A stretch of 64,000 nucleotides of DNA from Eledone cirrhosa (GCA_964016885.1 OZ024740.1:331824001-331888000), one strand, 5' to 3'; counted from the stretch's first letter, positions 14,480 to 29,150 are shown. The notes: generated from the letters alone by a model not told the origin. Program-made: numbers and translations.

Positions 14480-14910
14480 CAATGGGCAGGCTTCCGAGAG
14501 AGGAGGAAAATCAGTTCTACGAAACTGAGACACTCGTCTTCTCAAGAAAGGAGTTCCAGTGAAGCAGGTAATGAAATTCAAGTGTCTCGGGCCCGTGTTT
14601 ATGAGTGATAGAAGGAAGGAGGCTGAATTAAGTGCAAGAATTGCAGGAGCGGGTGCAGTAATGCGCCAGCTTCATAATCGTTAATCAGAAAGGAGGTAGG
14701 CGTAAAATCCAAAGTCGCTATCTCCAATTCGGTATTCGTGGCATGAATATGGTCTTGAATATTGGGTAATGACAGAAAGAATACTATTGTAAATACAAGG
14801 ATCTATGAAGTAACGTTAATCGATAGGGTGTGTAGCTCGGAGATCTTAGAGTCACTCCAAGTAGAGTCGCTACTTCTTCGAATTGAGATATCACTGCTCC
14901 GATACTATGA
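14480..14910 (+). mobile_element. RTE-clade LINE, decayed post-RT fragment
   Basis: Translates (with frameshifts) to EFKCLGPVFMSDRRKEAELSARIAGAGAVMRQL...KVAISNSVFV...YGLEYWVMT, typical of Expander/Rex3-like RTE. Confidence 0.7.
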
Positions 14911-14974
14911 GTCACGACTCTCCACGCCACTGATGTTGTTTAAGGGAAATTCTAAGGCCGATAAAGCTTGACAC

Positions 14975-15112
14975 CGGTGACATCGCAACCCATTTCTACA
15001 GCAGAGTGAACTGGAGCTACATGAATAAAGTGTCTTGCTCGAGAACACAACACACAGCCCTCTTTGGGAATCCAACTTACAACCCAACGATCTAACCACT
15101 AAGCCACGCATC
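14975..15112 (-). mobile_element. SINE family B (CORE-like), 5' part
   Basis: The minus strand reads gcgtggcttagtggttag (A box)...gtgttgtgttctcgagcaagacactttattc. Confidence 0.65.
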
Positions 15113-16379
15113 AAATTACAATTGGGATTTATTTACGAACTGTTTGAACACCACTCATAGTTATTCGTTTCTATGAACTTTATTTTCACAATTACCATAT
15201 TCTTATGTGCGTATATATGAATTTGTGTATATATCCGGTTACAAATATATTGTGAATATGGACATAGGAGCATAGGTGTGTGCGTGTATTCATAGCTGCG
15301 TGTCTTTATAAATGCATATATGAATCCATTCTTACAAATATTTGTATGAATATGTAAGCGTAACCTTATACATATATAAGGTGTTGTTGTGCGAGAAGGC
15401 ATTTAGAAAGAATGTGAGAGGCAAGACTTTCATTGTGGTTAGCGCTTTGAGACTAGAAACGTGGAGTACGTTTCTAGTCTCAATTTCTTGTAGTAAGTGC
15501 GGTTTTCAATATGTAGCACGAACAATGAATCGTTGCTTTAGAGTATCAATGGACACAGGCATATACTTTGAATAAGTCATTATATATATATAACCATTTT
15601 AGGTAGCATGGGATATAATTCAGAGGAGGCAGGATACAAATTAGTGATGAAGCAAGAGAAGATGGCTCTTTGATTAAGCGTCCGTTGCTATTGAATGGGA
15701 ATTTAGGCTAATGTGTATTGTATACTCGCTGTGGTTAAATGATAGAATCACGAGTAGTGGTATGATTTCTAAGTGACGACAGCGTGTACCTTTTCTCCAC
15801 TGCGGGGAGAGCTCTTCCCCAATACTAGGAAGAAATGAGGAGATAAATGGAAAGAATTGAATAGATTATATGGGTTTGGAGGATTTTATTGTTGTAATGC
15901 TTTATTGCAGGCTTGCTTTACGTACAAATTGATGGGTTTGTTGGTAATCTGTGGGAAATATTTGGCTGAAGTAAGTTCGTTGATAGATGGTTTTTTACAA
16001 CCGCTTAATTAAGGATGGCCCAGATATGACGAGAAAAGGATGAGTGTAGTATTTTATGATACCTTTTATCAATAAATCTCTAGGTACATTATGTTTAAGT
16101 TCACATTTTTGGCACGAGGAATGTGCATAAGTTGTTATGGATGTAAAAAGAACTGTTAATGGTAAATGTTTTAAAGAAACCTATCAACGATTGTGCGGTT
16201 GAAAAAAGTCTGCTTTATGCTATCAGGAGGAGGTAGTAAACTTCTTTACGGATGATTCAAACTTAAGAAGGAAGCCTTCAGATGAATATACTAAATCAGA
16301 GGCGGTGTTATATTTTTCTCCCCAAACTAACAAAACAGCATCTATTTGTACATCCGCTACAATTTATGTACATATGATG

Positions 16380-17480
16380 TAGAGACAGATTTAGAGAAAG
16401 GGAGAGTTTGGTGGTAATTGATATAGAGAGGGCGGTTGGGAGAGTATGTTGTCTATTAGATATAGAGAGGGGGAGATATTGGTGTTTATTGATATAGAGA
16501 GAGAAATTTGAAGAGTTCCGTGTAGTAGATATACAGAGGGGGAGACTTTGGTATTAATTGATATAGAGGGGGAATTTGGAGAGTGTTGTATGGTTTATAT
16601 AGAGAGGGGAGAGTTTGGTAGTGACGGATAGAGTGAGGGGGAATGAAAGAGATTATTGCATGGTAAATGTGGAGAGGGGCTAGTTTGATGGTAAATGATA
16701 TAGTGAAATGGGTTGGGAGAGCGTGTTGTATACTAGATATAAAGAGGGGAAGAGATTGACGTTTGTTGATATAGAGAGAGGTAGTGGAAGAAAGTACCGT
16801 GTAGTAGATATAGAGAGGTTGAGGTTTTGGTGCTCATTGACATAGAGAAACGAAATGGAAGACAGTAATATGTAGTAGATATAGAGAGGGGGAGAGTTTG
16901 GTGGTAATGAATAGAGTGAGAGGATTGATAGAGATAGTTATTGTTCGATATAGAGAGGGAGAGAGTAAGTTTGGTAGTGATGGATAGTATGAGAGAGAAT
17001 GAGAGTGGGGGTTATATGGTAGATACAGAAGAGGCAAGGTTTGGTTGGAATTGATATAAGGGGGAGGGGATAGGAGAGTGTGTTGTATATTAGATATAGA
17101 GAGGGAAGGAGATTGATGTTTATTGATATAGAGAGGGGGGTGAAAGAGAGTACCGTGTAGTTGATATGGAGAGGGGGAGCATTTGGTGGTTGTAGATATA
17201 CAGAGAGGGATATAGAGAGAGTGCCGTGTAGGAGATATAGGGAGAGTGCCGTGTAGTAGATATAGAGAGGTTGAGAATTTAGGGGTGATTGATAAACAGA
17301 GGAAAAATGAGAGAAATATGTGTAGATATTTAGAGAGTGTGAGAGAGTCTTAGATATAGAGAGTTGGATAAGAGAGGTGGTGTCGTGGAAGATATATAGA
17401 GGGGTAGAGTATGGTTTTAGTAGATACAGAGAGTGGGATTAAAAAAGAGATATGTTTGATTGACATGGAGAGGAGGAGAG
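16380..17480. repeat. GA-rich minisatellite (~30/60-bp degenerate units)
   Basis: Recurrent gtagatatagagagggggagagtttggtggtaattgatatagagag-like units. Confidence 0.85.
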
Positions 17481-17823
17481 TTTGGTGGCACTCCCGGGTC
17501 CCAAATAATATGATCGGTGGCAATACCGGGGGGTGGGTGGCTTGTGAAATCATTAATTGTATAGTGTACGTTCGTAAACATGTGATTTCTTATAATGTTC
17601 TTTTGTCATATATAATGTTTTTTAATGTAAAATAAATTTGTTATTAGATTCTCCAGCTGCAATATCAATCACAATAAAATTTAGCAAAATTTAATAAGCT
17701 GCTGGGGGTATGTGTGTGGAGTAATATCAGGGGCGGAGAGGTGTTTAAAGAATCTGACAAATTAATAAGCGGGAAGTATTGACGGACGTAAGAATGAAAA
17801 CTCAATATCGAAGCAGAGTTTTA

Positions 17824-17953
17824 ATATTCATTTATTATGGCTAAGCCTTGTTACTCTGGAGTCTCACCTACGTACACACCAGACAAATTGAAGATCCTGT
17901 GACTGCGCAGGTGAAATTTTAGAGTAACAAAGCTCACCAATAGCGATAATAAA

Positions 17954-17960
<7 letters not shown>
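17824..17960. repeat. Fold-back repeat abutting (TA)n, with a degenerate HHR-like core
   Basis: atattcatttattatggcta...ttgttactctggagtctcacct is inverted relative to aggtgaaattttagagtaacaa...tagcgataataaatgaatat. The interior reads TTGAAGA-tcctg..cagg-t-GAAA-ttttagag-TA. Confidence 0.6.
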
Positions 17961-17992
<32 letters not shown>

Positions 17993-18192
17993 TATATTAT
18001 ATTTTGAGATTAAACTCTTAGTCGTTTACAATTAATCAGCTCCAAGAAAGAGGCATTTCTGAGCAGTGAAATACAAGTTATACATTAATATATATGATAA
18101 ACACAAAACGTGTTTGCATTGCAACAGACAAAGTTAGCTAGCAATGAAATAAACTAATTAAAGTGAATACAATTTGTCTGTCTCGATATAAG

Positions 18193-18249
<57 letters not shown>

Positions 18250-18369
18250 TATATATATACAAGAGAGAAATAAATTGGTTATAATACCAGTTTCTTACAA
18301 ATTGCGAAGAAGTTCGATATAGTCACCCCTTAGGAAAGGGCACAGAGCATATTTGTTAAAAATGATATA

Positions 18370-18603
18370 CAGTTGCGGTGGAACTAGGCGGCAGGGGGTC
18401 ATGTCTCCCTCCAATAATTATATTCTCTCCCAAACTACCAAATCATACATCTATTTGGATACGCGTTACAATTTATGTACATGTTATGTTTATCGCATAT
18501 CGAAGTTTTCTGACCATGTTATAGTGTAAAGAGCTTAAATAATCACTACAACTAAATTGTCCAAATTTGAGACCCCAGTTCAGAAATGCTTCCAACGCCT
18601 CTA
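18370..18603. mobile_element. MITE-like element
   Basis: Imperfect terminal inverted repeats agttgcggtggaact / gcttccaacgcctct. The internal segment tctcccaaactaccaaatcatacatctatttgg...tacaatttatgtaca recurs at ~16315-16375. Confidence 0.4.
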
Positions 18604-18999
18604 TAAATTCAGTGACTCTTTTGTGGTAAACGGGACTTTATTGTAAGGGAGTCTTTAATTCGATCGATGAGTTCGTAGATAAAATAGACATTAAATATGA
18701 TATTGCTAAGTAGATCTTTGAGAGCTGGAAGTGTTTAAAGCATAATTAAAAGTAGGATAAACAAGTCCGATGAGCTGGATAGTGAGACATTAATTATCAT
18801 TAAAGCTGAGGTTCAGTAGTATTTACTTGAGTTCTATGATAATTACATTATTCTGCCGGCAGAGAAGCCAGCGTGTGTTTTCGTGATAATTTGTAAGAGA
18901 TACCACGTCATGATTTTGCTTGGGAGTTGAGGGATAATAGTGGTTATTATTATATATTTCAGTAAATGATAAAGTAGAAAATCAAACTTTGCAGTTGTT

Positions 19000-20830
19000 A
19001 TCTTCCTGTTTCTTCTAAAACAACTACAACGGTACGCGATGGGCCCACTCACAGCCCCAGCGGTCAGAATGGAGAAGGCGTTTCCCCGGAGTACGGCAAG
19101 GGAGACGCGCTGGAAAAGCCACTACGACTGGCGGGGCTCACACCTACGGCTGGCCAGCTCAGCGCTTATGGTGGTGTTTAAGGAGGTAGCCCTGGGCTCG
19201 AACACACCAGAAGTCTCCACTGCCGGGGGTACGACCGTAAACCTGTTGGAGAGCGACCGGTATTTGAGGAGTTTGGCCCCCTCAGCCCGACGTGCAGCAG
19301 AACCTGTGTCAGTCGCAGACTGTACCAGGTTGCGGCTGCAGAAAGTGTCGGTGCAAGTGGCATCCCAGACGAGGGGTTTGCCACCGCGGAACGGGAAGAT
19401 GGTCATGCCATCTGGCCTTTTGCCGTCCCCTCGATCCATCCCCACCGGCTGGAGCTGGGAAAGGAAGCCTGCAACGTCCAAGCCATGCTTAATGACCTCG
19501 TTGAGGGCAGCATGGCGTGGAATACGGCCGGCATTGTGGCGATAAGAAAGTGGATGTAGACCGAAAGAGTCCACGGTAGAACCGCAGCGACATTGGTGTG
19601 GCTGCAGATCCGGATGGCGAACCTCAGGGAAACGCCGATGCGCAGGCTATGGTTGTCTAGCTGCGTGCCAGTGGAGAAGGAGGGCAGGGCATGGAGCCAG
19701 GCACCACTGTGGAGGCCGCACGAAAACAAGCAAGGAGGTGTGGTCGAGCTGGCGCGTGAGCCTGTCTGAGGCCAGGCTACACTGGATGGCATACTAAGTG
19801 CGTTGGGGGGACTTGACGTCAACAGGGGGAGAAGGAGAAGGGACGTCTACTGGGCTAAGTCCCAGCCGGTCCCACGTCTCACAGGCGGCCTCACGTTCTC
19901 TCAACACAGAGTGTTCTGTTGTGTTTTGAAGAACCCTGCTGACGAGGACGCGGCACGAGGTTACCGACGAAAGATACGCCGTCAAAGCTAGGGAGATCGA
20001 GGACCGGAGACAAAGGCCGCCATACCTGAAAGTTAAAGTGGCCTGTTGCCACCCTATGACGTCAAACTTGACGTTGCATATCTCCTCAGCTGTTACTCGG
20101 ATACAAGTCTCGAGGTCAGCGAATAGAGATGTATGGGTGTAGCACGGAGCGCTGCGGAGTGTATAGAGGAGCTTCGACATTGCGAAGATGTTCCTCAGCA
20201 GAAAGAGAGCTGGGTGGCCGTCAATCAAGCCCAGTCGGCTCTTGAGAGTCTGGAGCTGTTGAAGACTGGACCTGATGGTGGCGCGGATGGCCAGCGGGTG
20301 GATCGGTGACCCGAGGATGAGGAATCCTCTTTGGGTGTCACCTGAACCTGGTGCAGTATGGACCACACGTCGAAGAGGGAGGAAGCTAAGCTCGCAGCAT
20401 CGGAAGACATTGCCCACAGCAATGGGGCGTATGCCATCCTCTTTCTTCCTGAGAGCGGTGAGGCTGGCTGAAAAAAAGAGGCCTCGGGCGTAAGGGTTCA
20501 GGGCGCCATGGATGAGCCTATTCGTAGCGCCACAATTGCACTCAGAAGGCGGCGCCCGGCCTCAGTGGAGAGAGGGGATATCAACTCCTTGAGGTGCCCT
20601 GGTCGGAGACCATCAACACTTCCGCAGCTGCTAGCTGGGAAGGACCTGATGGCGGACATGATATCTGCATCAGAATCCACAAGGAGCAGGTGGGGGTCGG
20701 GTGGGAGTATGGGTCTGAAATCACTGGGTGGCAACTTGCAAGAGTGTATCAGATAACATCGATTCACTGGTTGAGAGACTTTCGCTTGAAGTGGAAAGTT
20801 TGATTGGTCGTAGAGCGGAGGAGGAGAATA
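19000..20830 (-). mobile_element. CRE-clade-like RLE non-LTR retrotransposon, internally deleted
   Basis: GC-rich island. Motifs in order: IRSFPASSCGSVDGLRPGHLKEL, RPIAVGNVFR, LILGSPI...LLRNIFAMSKLLYTLRSAPC, WQQATLTFRYGGLCLR, HSGAWLHALP, RHAALNEVI, KRPDGMTIFPFRGGKPLVWDATCTDT (RLE), PPAVETSGVF. Confidence 0.85.
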
Positions 20831-22769
20831 GATGCATTCCAAGATTTGCATAAGACACCTTATAAACATAGAAAAGTATGAATAGACAGGTGGCTACCCT
20901 AGTTAATGAGGCTTGAGCTGTTGTTATGAGAACCTTTGTTAAGAATTATGATGGGTTTTAAAACAATAAAGGTATAGGTATGTGTTGAAGTATTCTGATC
21001 CAGTGCTGAGAAATGAATTAGGTAGGCTGAAATAAATGTGGTTAAATCTATGCACGTTTACAGTTGTTCTACATCATATGCTAGTTTGGATTTGGCTTTC
21101 GTTGAAGAAAGGGTGGATAAGATAACTGATTTTGTTTTCAAATAGCAATCGGAATATATATCAAGGAAAGAGGGAGGCTTTAAATCTAGGTTAAGGTATA
21201 GCGGATACATTTAGACAAATTTTAACCTGAAATATATTGTTGGTTCTATAGTTAATAATACATATGTTGCATTTGCGAGTAGTGTGCTGTCGGTCAAAGG
21301 TATAACGTTGAGTGAAAATTGTAATTCGGTCCTGAAGATTTGTATTTATCTTCTCGCGAATTTCGTTTTCTTGAAGGGTAATAAAAGCTTAATAACTTGA
21401 TTAAGCAGTTGGTGTTGTAGATAAATAGATGTTATGTTTATTCCAACCTTCGGGCACTTCGAGGATTTACACTGCAGAATATATTTTAATAATTAACAGA
21501 GGAACATGAATGGTTGCTTTGTTAATAAGGGTAATTATGTTGATGTCACTATTGACTAAGGATTTAAGATTGTTTGGATGCCATTTGTGTCATAACGTGT
21601 TTTCAAACCAAATACTAAAGTACAGTAAAAGTTAAGGTCTTTATGGATGAAGTTAAATGATTGTTAGTACATATGGATAGATAAGGTTATGATAAAAATA
21701 TGCTGATAAAGCGCTTCTGTCATTATGTTGGTGCGTAAGGAGAAATATTAAGAAGATTCTGTGAAATTTCGGGCTTGTAGTTAAGTTAGGCTTCAGGGGC
21801 GATAAAATGGCGAAGAAAGATCTGCTAAGAATGAGTGTTTTATAATTTTAAAAGTTTAAAATTGTTAATATATATTTGTTCATTTTATCCCATTAGTGGC
21901 TCGTCGTGGTATACGACTGGGATTGCTTAGGGGTGCGTAAATTCTGCTATATGTGTTATGGATAGAGACGTTTGACTTGCGTGCGAAGAGTGATTGTTGG
22001 CAAGAATTATAGCTTGGGAAAAACATAGGGAGAACGTCAAGTTGCTGTCGAAGACGGAAAGAGGAGAGTGTTAGTGCCCTTGACTTTAGCCACTTCCGCT
22101 TAGAAGCACGCGTGGTCATTTAATTGACATTTTTATAATTAACACACTGGAATTTTCGTTGAAAAGTAATGTGCCTCTGGTGGTTCAGGGTAGATGATAT
22201 TCCAATGACGTTCTTAACATATGAATGGTATATATATTATTCTTTATCAGTAAATATTTATTCTTTCAAGTTATTCTGCATCTATCAGTTATAATCCTCT
22301 CACACCCACTTTTATTTTATCCTGTCCACTATTTATTCTATCCAATATTGATTAAGATCGGCTAGCATTTGTGTGTTATTTAGTGTTAGCTTCTGATTAA
22401 AATTACTCGAACATTTAGTGTCCTCTTTGGATCCCAATAAGTTTCTGATTTGAGCTTTTGTTAATATTGTTTCGTGTCGTTTGGATGGTCTTAGTGTAAT
22501 TGATTGATTTTAAGTTATTAAAATTCACAAATGTGTTTGTCCATAGTGTGAAGGGATTGTGGCGTGTTTCTTATTGCTTAGTGTTAGTTTCTATTTGGTT
22601 TTAATTGATTATTTAATTGCTGTCCCTTTTGTTTCACTTTGTTTCTTTGTTCAGGTTTATCGGTTTAAGTGGTGTAAGGTTTGGATTAGGTTAATGGGGG
22701 ATTGCAGGTTTTCGGTTTAGTCGGCCCTGGTTCTGGTTGCTGAGCGCATGTATTGCTCTAAATCGTGTC

Positions 22770-22850
22770 AACTTGCAATTGGGATGCTTTGAGTTCGATT
22801 CTCGGGCTAGCTGATGCGTTGTGTCCTTGAGCAAAACTCTGTATTTCGTG
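22770..22850 (+). mobile_element. SINE family B fragment
   Basis: gagttcgattctc (B box)...gcgttgtgtccttgagcaaaactctgtatttc. Confidence 0.55.
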
Positions 22851-22905
22851 TGTGCGTGTGTGTGTATATATGGATATGATTGTATGTATTGCAGATGCAT
22901 GTCTA

Positions 22906-22954
<49 letters not shown>

Positions 22955-23221
22955 GAATCTTCATATGTATATACAGTATAACATTCATCAGGTCTATTTT
23001 CTTATATATGTTTTTTTAGACTCCAGTCACGCACTCGGTCGATGTAATCAAATTTCTCCCCAAATTACTGACTTATACCAAAATTAGAAATCATTATAAA
23101 GACTGCACAGAGAATTGAACACCGAATACTTTGTATTAGGGTGTCACATCATCTTTCGTGTATATATGTGTACGTGTGTGTATGTCTGCATGTTCAAGTA
23201 TGCATGTATGTGATCGAGTGT

Positions 23222-23311
<90 letters not shown>

Positions 23312-23646
23312 TTATGTGTGCAAAGTGTGATTATGTATTTGTGAGTGCATGTCAATGACTGTATTTAATTTATGCGTTTCCTCCATACTTTGTAGAATGG
23401 GAAACCTTAGAAAATGTTATGAGTTCGTGTATGTGTGTAATATATATTCTTTTTGGGTGTTACAATATGCTGTGCAAACGTTTATGTGATTTGTGTACAG
23501 CTGAGTTTGCCTATATTTATATATGTGTATGTATTCATGTGCAATTATATGTGTATCTACACATTATAGGTATGTGTAATGTGTGTCAGCCTGTGAAACT
23601 CAGAACAGCAGTATTCTTAGTAATATAACACACATGTACTAACAGA

Positions 23647-24801
<1,155 letters not shown>

Positions 24802-24818
24802 CATATATATATATATAT

Positions 24819-25232
24819 ATGTAAGTATGTATGTATACGTACATACATATATGTATACAGACGTACAGTAGCATGCATATATATATATATATACATATAT
24901 ACATACAGGTACACATACATATATGTACGCATCAGTTTAGCGGACGCTTATTATAGTGCCCGCTTTGTTCGTTTGTAAACAAACTGAACAGCCTGAATTT
25001 ATGCCGAACGTTCAACTATCTGGCAGATGGGTATACGGTGCTGATGATAGCTAACAAGCTTGAAACTAGTACATCGTTCCTGTGTCAGTGTTGAAGAAAA
25101 AGGTGACGTGGTTGCCTTAACACCGCGCGGCATAAATTCAGGCTGTTCAGTTTGTTTACAAACGAACAAAGCGGGCACTATAATAAGCGTCCGCTAAACT
25201 GATGCGTACATATATGTATGTGTACCTGTATG

Positions 25233-25320
<88 letters not shown>

Positions 25321-25375
25321 TGCTACTGTACGTCTGTATACATATATGTATGTACGTATACATACATACTTACAT
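24819..25375. repeat. Fold-back element (arms 24819-25006 and 25128-25375) with a 121-nt spacer
   Basis: The arms are reverse complements, e.g. cagtttagcggacgcttattatagtgcccgctttg / caaagcgggcactataataagcgtccgctaaactg. They differ mainly in TA-run length. Confidence 0.92.
25035..25077 (+). ncRNA. Minimal type I hammerhead ribozyme
   Basis: acggtg-CTGATGA-t agct aaca agct t-GAAA-ctag-TA-catcgt. Stem I is 6 bp (one G-U), stem III is the palindrome ACTAGT, and the GUA site is at 25071. Confidence 0.8.
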
Positions 25376-25458
25376 TTAAGTAAGTGCCGTTCTAAGAGTG
25401 AGAAATGAAATTTCGTTTTCATTTTATTACAACTTATATATATATATATATGTGTATA

Positions 25459-25571
<113 letters not shown>

Positions 25572-25573
25572 GT

Positions 25574-27672
25574 ATATTTATTAAAATAACAGATTAAAGT
25601 TTAAGCAAAGAATCGCTGCTTTCACCCTTAACGGGATCTTCTGAGACTAACAACGTCAATCTGTAAACGCAGAAGTGGATATTTCAAAAAACGTTGCAAC
25701 CGGAGGAAGACAGGAAGACGATACTTTGGTCCGTGGAAACGTTCGCTGGCAAAGAACGGGAAAAAACGAATATAATACGTCATTAATAGGAGCGGTGAAA
25801 AACAATTACGCGGAAGACAGAACCACGTTTATGGTATAAAAGAGTTCGTAGACTAATATTCTCTTAGGTGGTGCATAGAGACGTTCTCTGGCAATGAACG
25901 AAAAAAACGAAGATAATACGTCGTATGTGGAGCGTGGAGAACTATTGCACGGAAAGACAAAACCACGTAAATGGTATAGCAGAAGTCGTAGACTAAAATT
26001 CTAACTAGGAGACCGAATGAATCTCCGCTTCAGAGTTAAGAACAAAATAAATAAATACAATACAGAAGTAATAGGAATTAAATAAATACATACACGCATA
26101 CAAATACGTACGTACACAAGCATACGCGAAAACACTTATCATAGGTATACAAAACCACGCACATATAAATATGTGTGTGTGTGTGTATGCGTGTATACAA
26201 ATAAATAAATAATTAAATAAACGTATATAAATAAATAAATACATATATAACAAGCGCACACACATACCTACATGTAAATACACAAATGTTCGGAGACGTA
26301 AGTCAACCAAAACATGAAGTACACATATACACACACCCTACATGCGTATGTACCTGCATACTCACACAGACGCCAAACTCCCGTATACACATAACCAAAC
26401 CATATGTACCAGAATATATAAAATTATACGCCATAACATATACAATCAAATATACGTACGAGAGGGTATACGTACCTTCGCAAAACATACAGGTAATATA
26501 TACTTACCTATGCAAATAAGTAATGGTATAAACAAAACATATACCTAGCTACCACATCAAGACGTAAAATATCCACGTATAGATCGTACTATCCGTTAGG
26601 GTATAACGTGGGGCTGTAATACAGGAAAGTGTTGTGCAATTTATGTTTACAAGCCGAAATTGCCTCAGATTTTTTGTTTAAGATGTGGTTTCTGGCGTAG
26701 AGTATTTCCAGGGCCTCAGCGGCGCAGAGGTCACATGGTCTTTTATTTCCGTTATACGATCTAGCCCTAGCTAGGATCTCCCAGTGTAACTTATATTGGG
26801 TGTGGTTGTCTTTTAGACTCCAGATATAAGCTGAAAGTGACGTCATATTCCTTCTTAGAGGGTAACGAAAAGAATGGGTATGCATGTAAAGACGCTGCTT
26901 GAATCTATTGGCGGTTAACCCTATGTAGGCCCTACGGGACGTGGGTGTTTCAACCTTACATTAGTAGACAATGTTACTAGAGAGGCATTTCCCGGATAGA
27001 GGGCAATCAACCCGATTCCTACAATTAGAGTTAGTACTAACCACAGGGTTGCACGTGTTCCTACGTCTAGGTAGTTTAGCTAAATTTGAAGCTGTGATGT
27101 TATGTGCAAGGTTAGGAGTCGTAGAGTAAGAAATTTGAATAGTATTACTATTAAAAAGTTTACTATATTTATGTGTGGGGGGAAAATGCTTCATAATAAG
27201 GGAAAGAAAGATCTTAGCTAATGGTGTGGCCACCTCCATTTTATATGGTGGGTTATACCAACAAATGCGACGGGATCTATTCCTTCTAGGTCTATTTTCG
27301 TACTCTGTATATGCTACCTTATCGACAAATCCACTCCGAGCAAGAGCTTCATTGTAATAAGTGGAATGGTCGTTGAAAATATGCTCGTTAGTAGATAGAC
27401 GGGAAAGCCTCAACGAAACGTTTCTTTCCAGGTTCTTGGTTATGCTGGCAGGATGGTGGGAATCGTTTTTTGAAATATCCACTTCTGCGTTTACAGATTG
27501 ACTTTGTTAGTTTCAGAAGATCCCGTTAAGGGTGAAAGCAGCGATTCTTTGCTTAAACTTTAATCTGTTATTTTAATAAATATTTGCTCTACGGTTCTTA
27601 TATATTTGACATATATTTATCCTTATCGAGCCCTCTTTGGATTTTAGTCTCCAAATTTATTCTTATTACTAT
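25574..27672 (-). mobile_element. 5'-truncated Penelope-like element with inverted pLTR at its 5' end
   Basis: ORF remnants: SHHPASITKNL (thumb), RRICWYNPPY...KHFPPTHKYSKLFN, NCRNRVDCPLSGKC, IVY*C...AYIGLT..FKQRLYMH (GIY-YIG), CDLCAAE, SACKH. Segment 25574-25693 is inverted at 27464-27583. Flanked by (TA)n. Confidence 0.9.
26589..27463 (-). pseudogene. PLE RT-thumb/linker/GIY-YIG coding remnant
   Basis: ORFs 26961-27482 and 26589-26885 are in the same frame, separated by one TAA stop. Confidence 0.85.
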
Positions 27673-28715
27673 ATATATGTATATATATGTGTGTATATAT
27701 ATATAAAGCCGACTGACATGACAGTCGGCTTTCCTGATGATTTCCTCCAAGTCAATCAGCCTATATTTCACTAGATTGTGTTGTAGATATATTCCTTTGC
27801 GCGTTTGTGTATGTGTGTGTATGAGTGGGCGTCAGTATGAGAGAGGTTTTATATTTCTATTTTCTAAAATGTATTTAGCCATGACGGCTAACGTAATGCT
27901 GCATCAGTGACTTCAGGCTTGAATGTTCTATCTTTCGTGTCTCATCTGTGCAATCGTCGATGATATATACACGGTATATTACTTAAGCACAGTTATTCAC
28001 TTCTTTATTACACTAGGATGTAATCACTGGGTGACTGGGTGTTTCGGAACAATGAGATTCGTTATATACAGTTCAGAGCACGCTACCTCATTTTGGCATT
28101 CATTTCACTTTCATTTACAAGCTAAATAAATAATTATATAAATAAAATGCCCTCCTTTAAGTTGATAGCGTTACATCAGGTTGAATTATGTATAAAAGAA
28201 CCTAAAAGGATATCAATATTAAGTTATTATATGATAAATAGCACTAACTAGAGTAGTATATGAATCGAAACATGATTGATATTTCAAGAAATGAATATTT
28301 TTGATATCAAACAAGTGCAACAACATGAATCCTACATAATTGGCTCCTCAAAAGCCAGCAAGTGATGACTAAACCATTTAGTACTTTGGTACATTATCTA
28401 GTTAGTAGAGTACTATATTTGTGAGATTGAATTTGCAATCTGTGATGTTCATGTCTTCTCCAAGGAAATTAGTGACACAAATGAAGTGAAATGTAGTCAG
28501 AAAAAAGTAAATCTAAAACGTCTGACGATCTAGTATACCGGAAACATACTTTCTTATCTATTGAATTCGAACATTCAATTAGGTGTGCATTTGAAGATGT
28601 TCTAGACGATGTATGAGAAAATCTAGTTAGTTTTGTTTAATGTGATAGGACGTTTTAATTGGTGTAAATATAGGATACAGGAAGTAGAGGAAATGAAAGA
28701 AAAAATTGAATTATA

Positions 28716-28935
<220 letters not shown>

Positions 28936-29081
28936 ATACTCACACACAAGTATATTTCAATTAAATATGATATCAAATCTACTTACTTTCAGACACACTC
29001 ATCATACATACATTCATCCACATACAAGCATGTACACATCTCAGATGTGTCACCATGTCTAATGTGTATATGCATATATAC

Positions 29082-29150
<69 letters not shown>

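Larger units (their letters stand above)
15600..22690 (-). mobile_element. Possible highly decayed Ty3/Gypsy pol, interrupted by younger insertions
   Basis: The minus strand at ~16030-15890 reads YLGHP*..GCKKPSINELTSAKYFPQITNKPINLYVKQACNKALQQ, resembling the integrase HHCC region. At ~21835-21800 it reads LIL-AD-FLRHF with frameshifts, resembling the end of the protease. The order fits Gypsy, but the sequence is very degenerate. Confidence 0.35.

Noticed and set aside
16380-17480. Repeat array as a CRISPR-like locus
   Set aside because: Degenerate purine-rich minisatellite without unique spacers, in a eukaryotic context with no cas genes.
22951-23000. Minus-strand CTGATGA...GAAG next to (TA)n
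   Set aside because: Lacks GAAA and a stem I partner, so it cannot be folded as a hammerhead.
27705-27745. Small hairpin aaagccgactg/cagtcggcttt followed by CTGATGA
   Set aside because: No stem II or GAAA follows.
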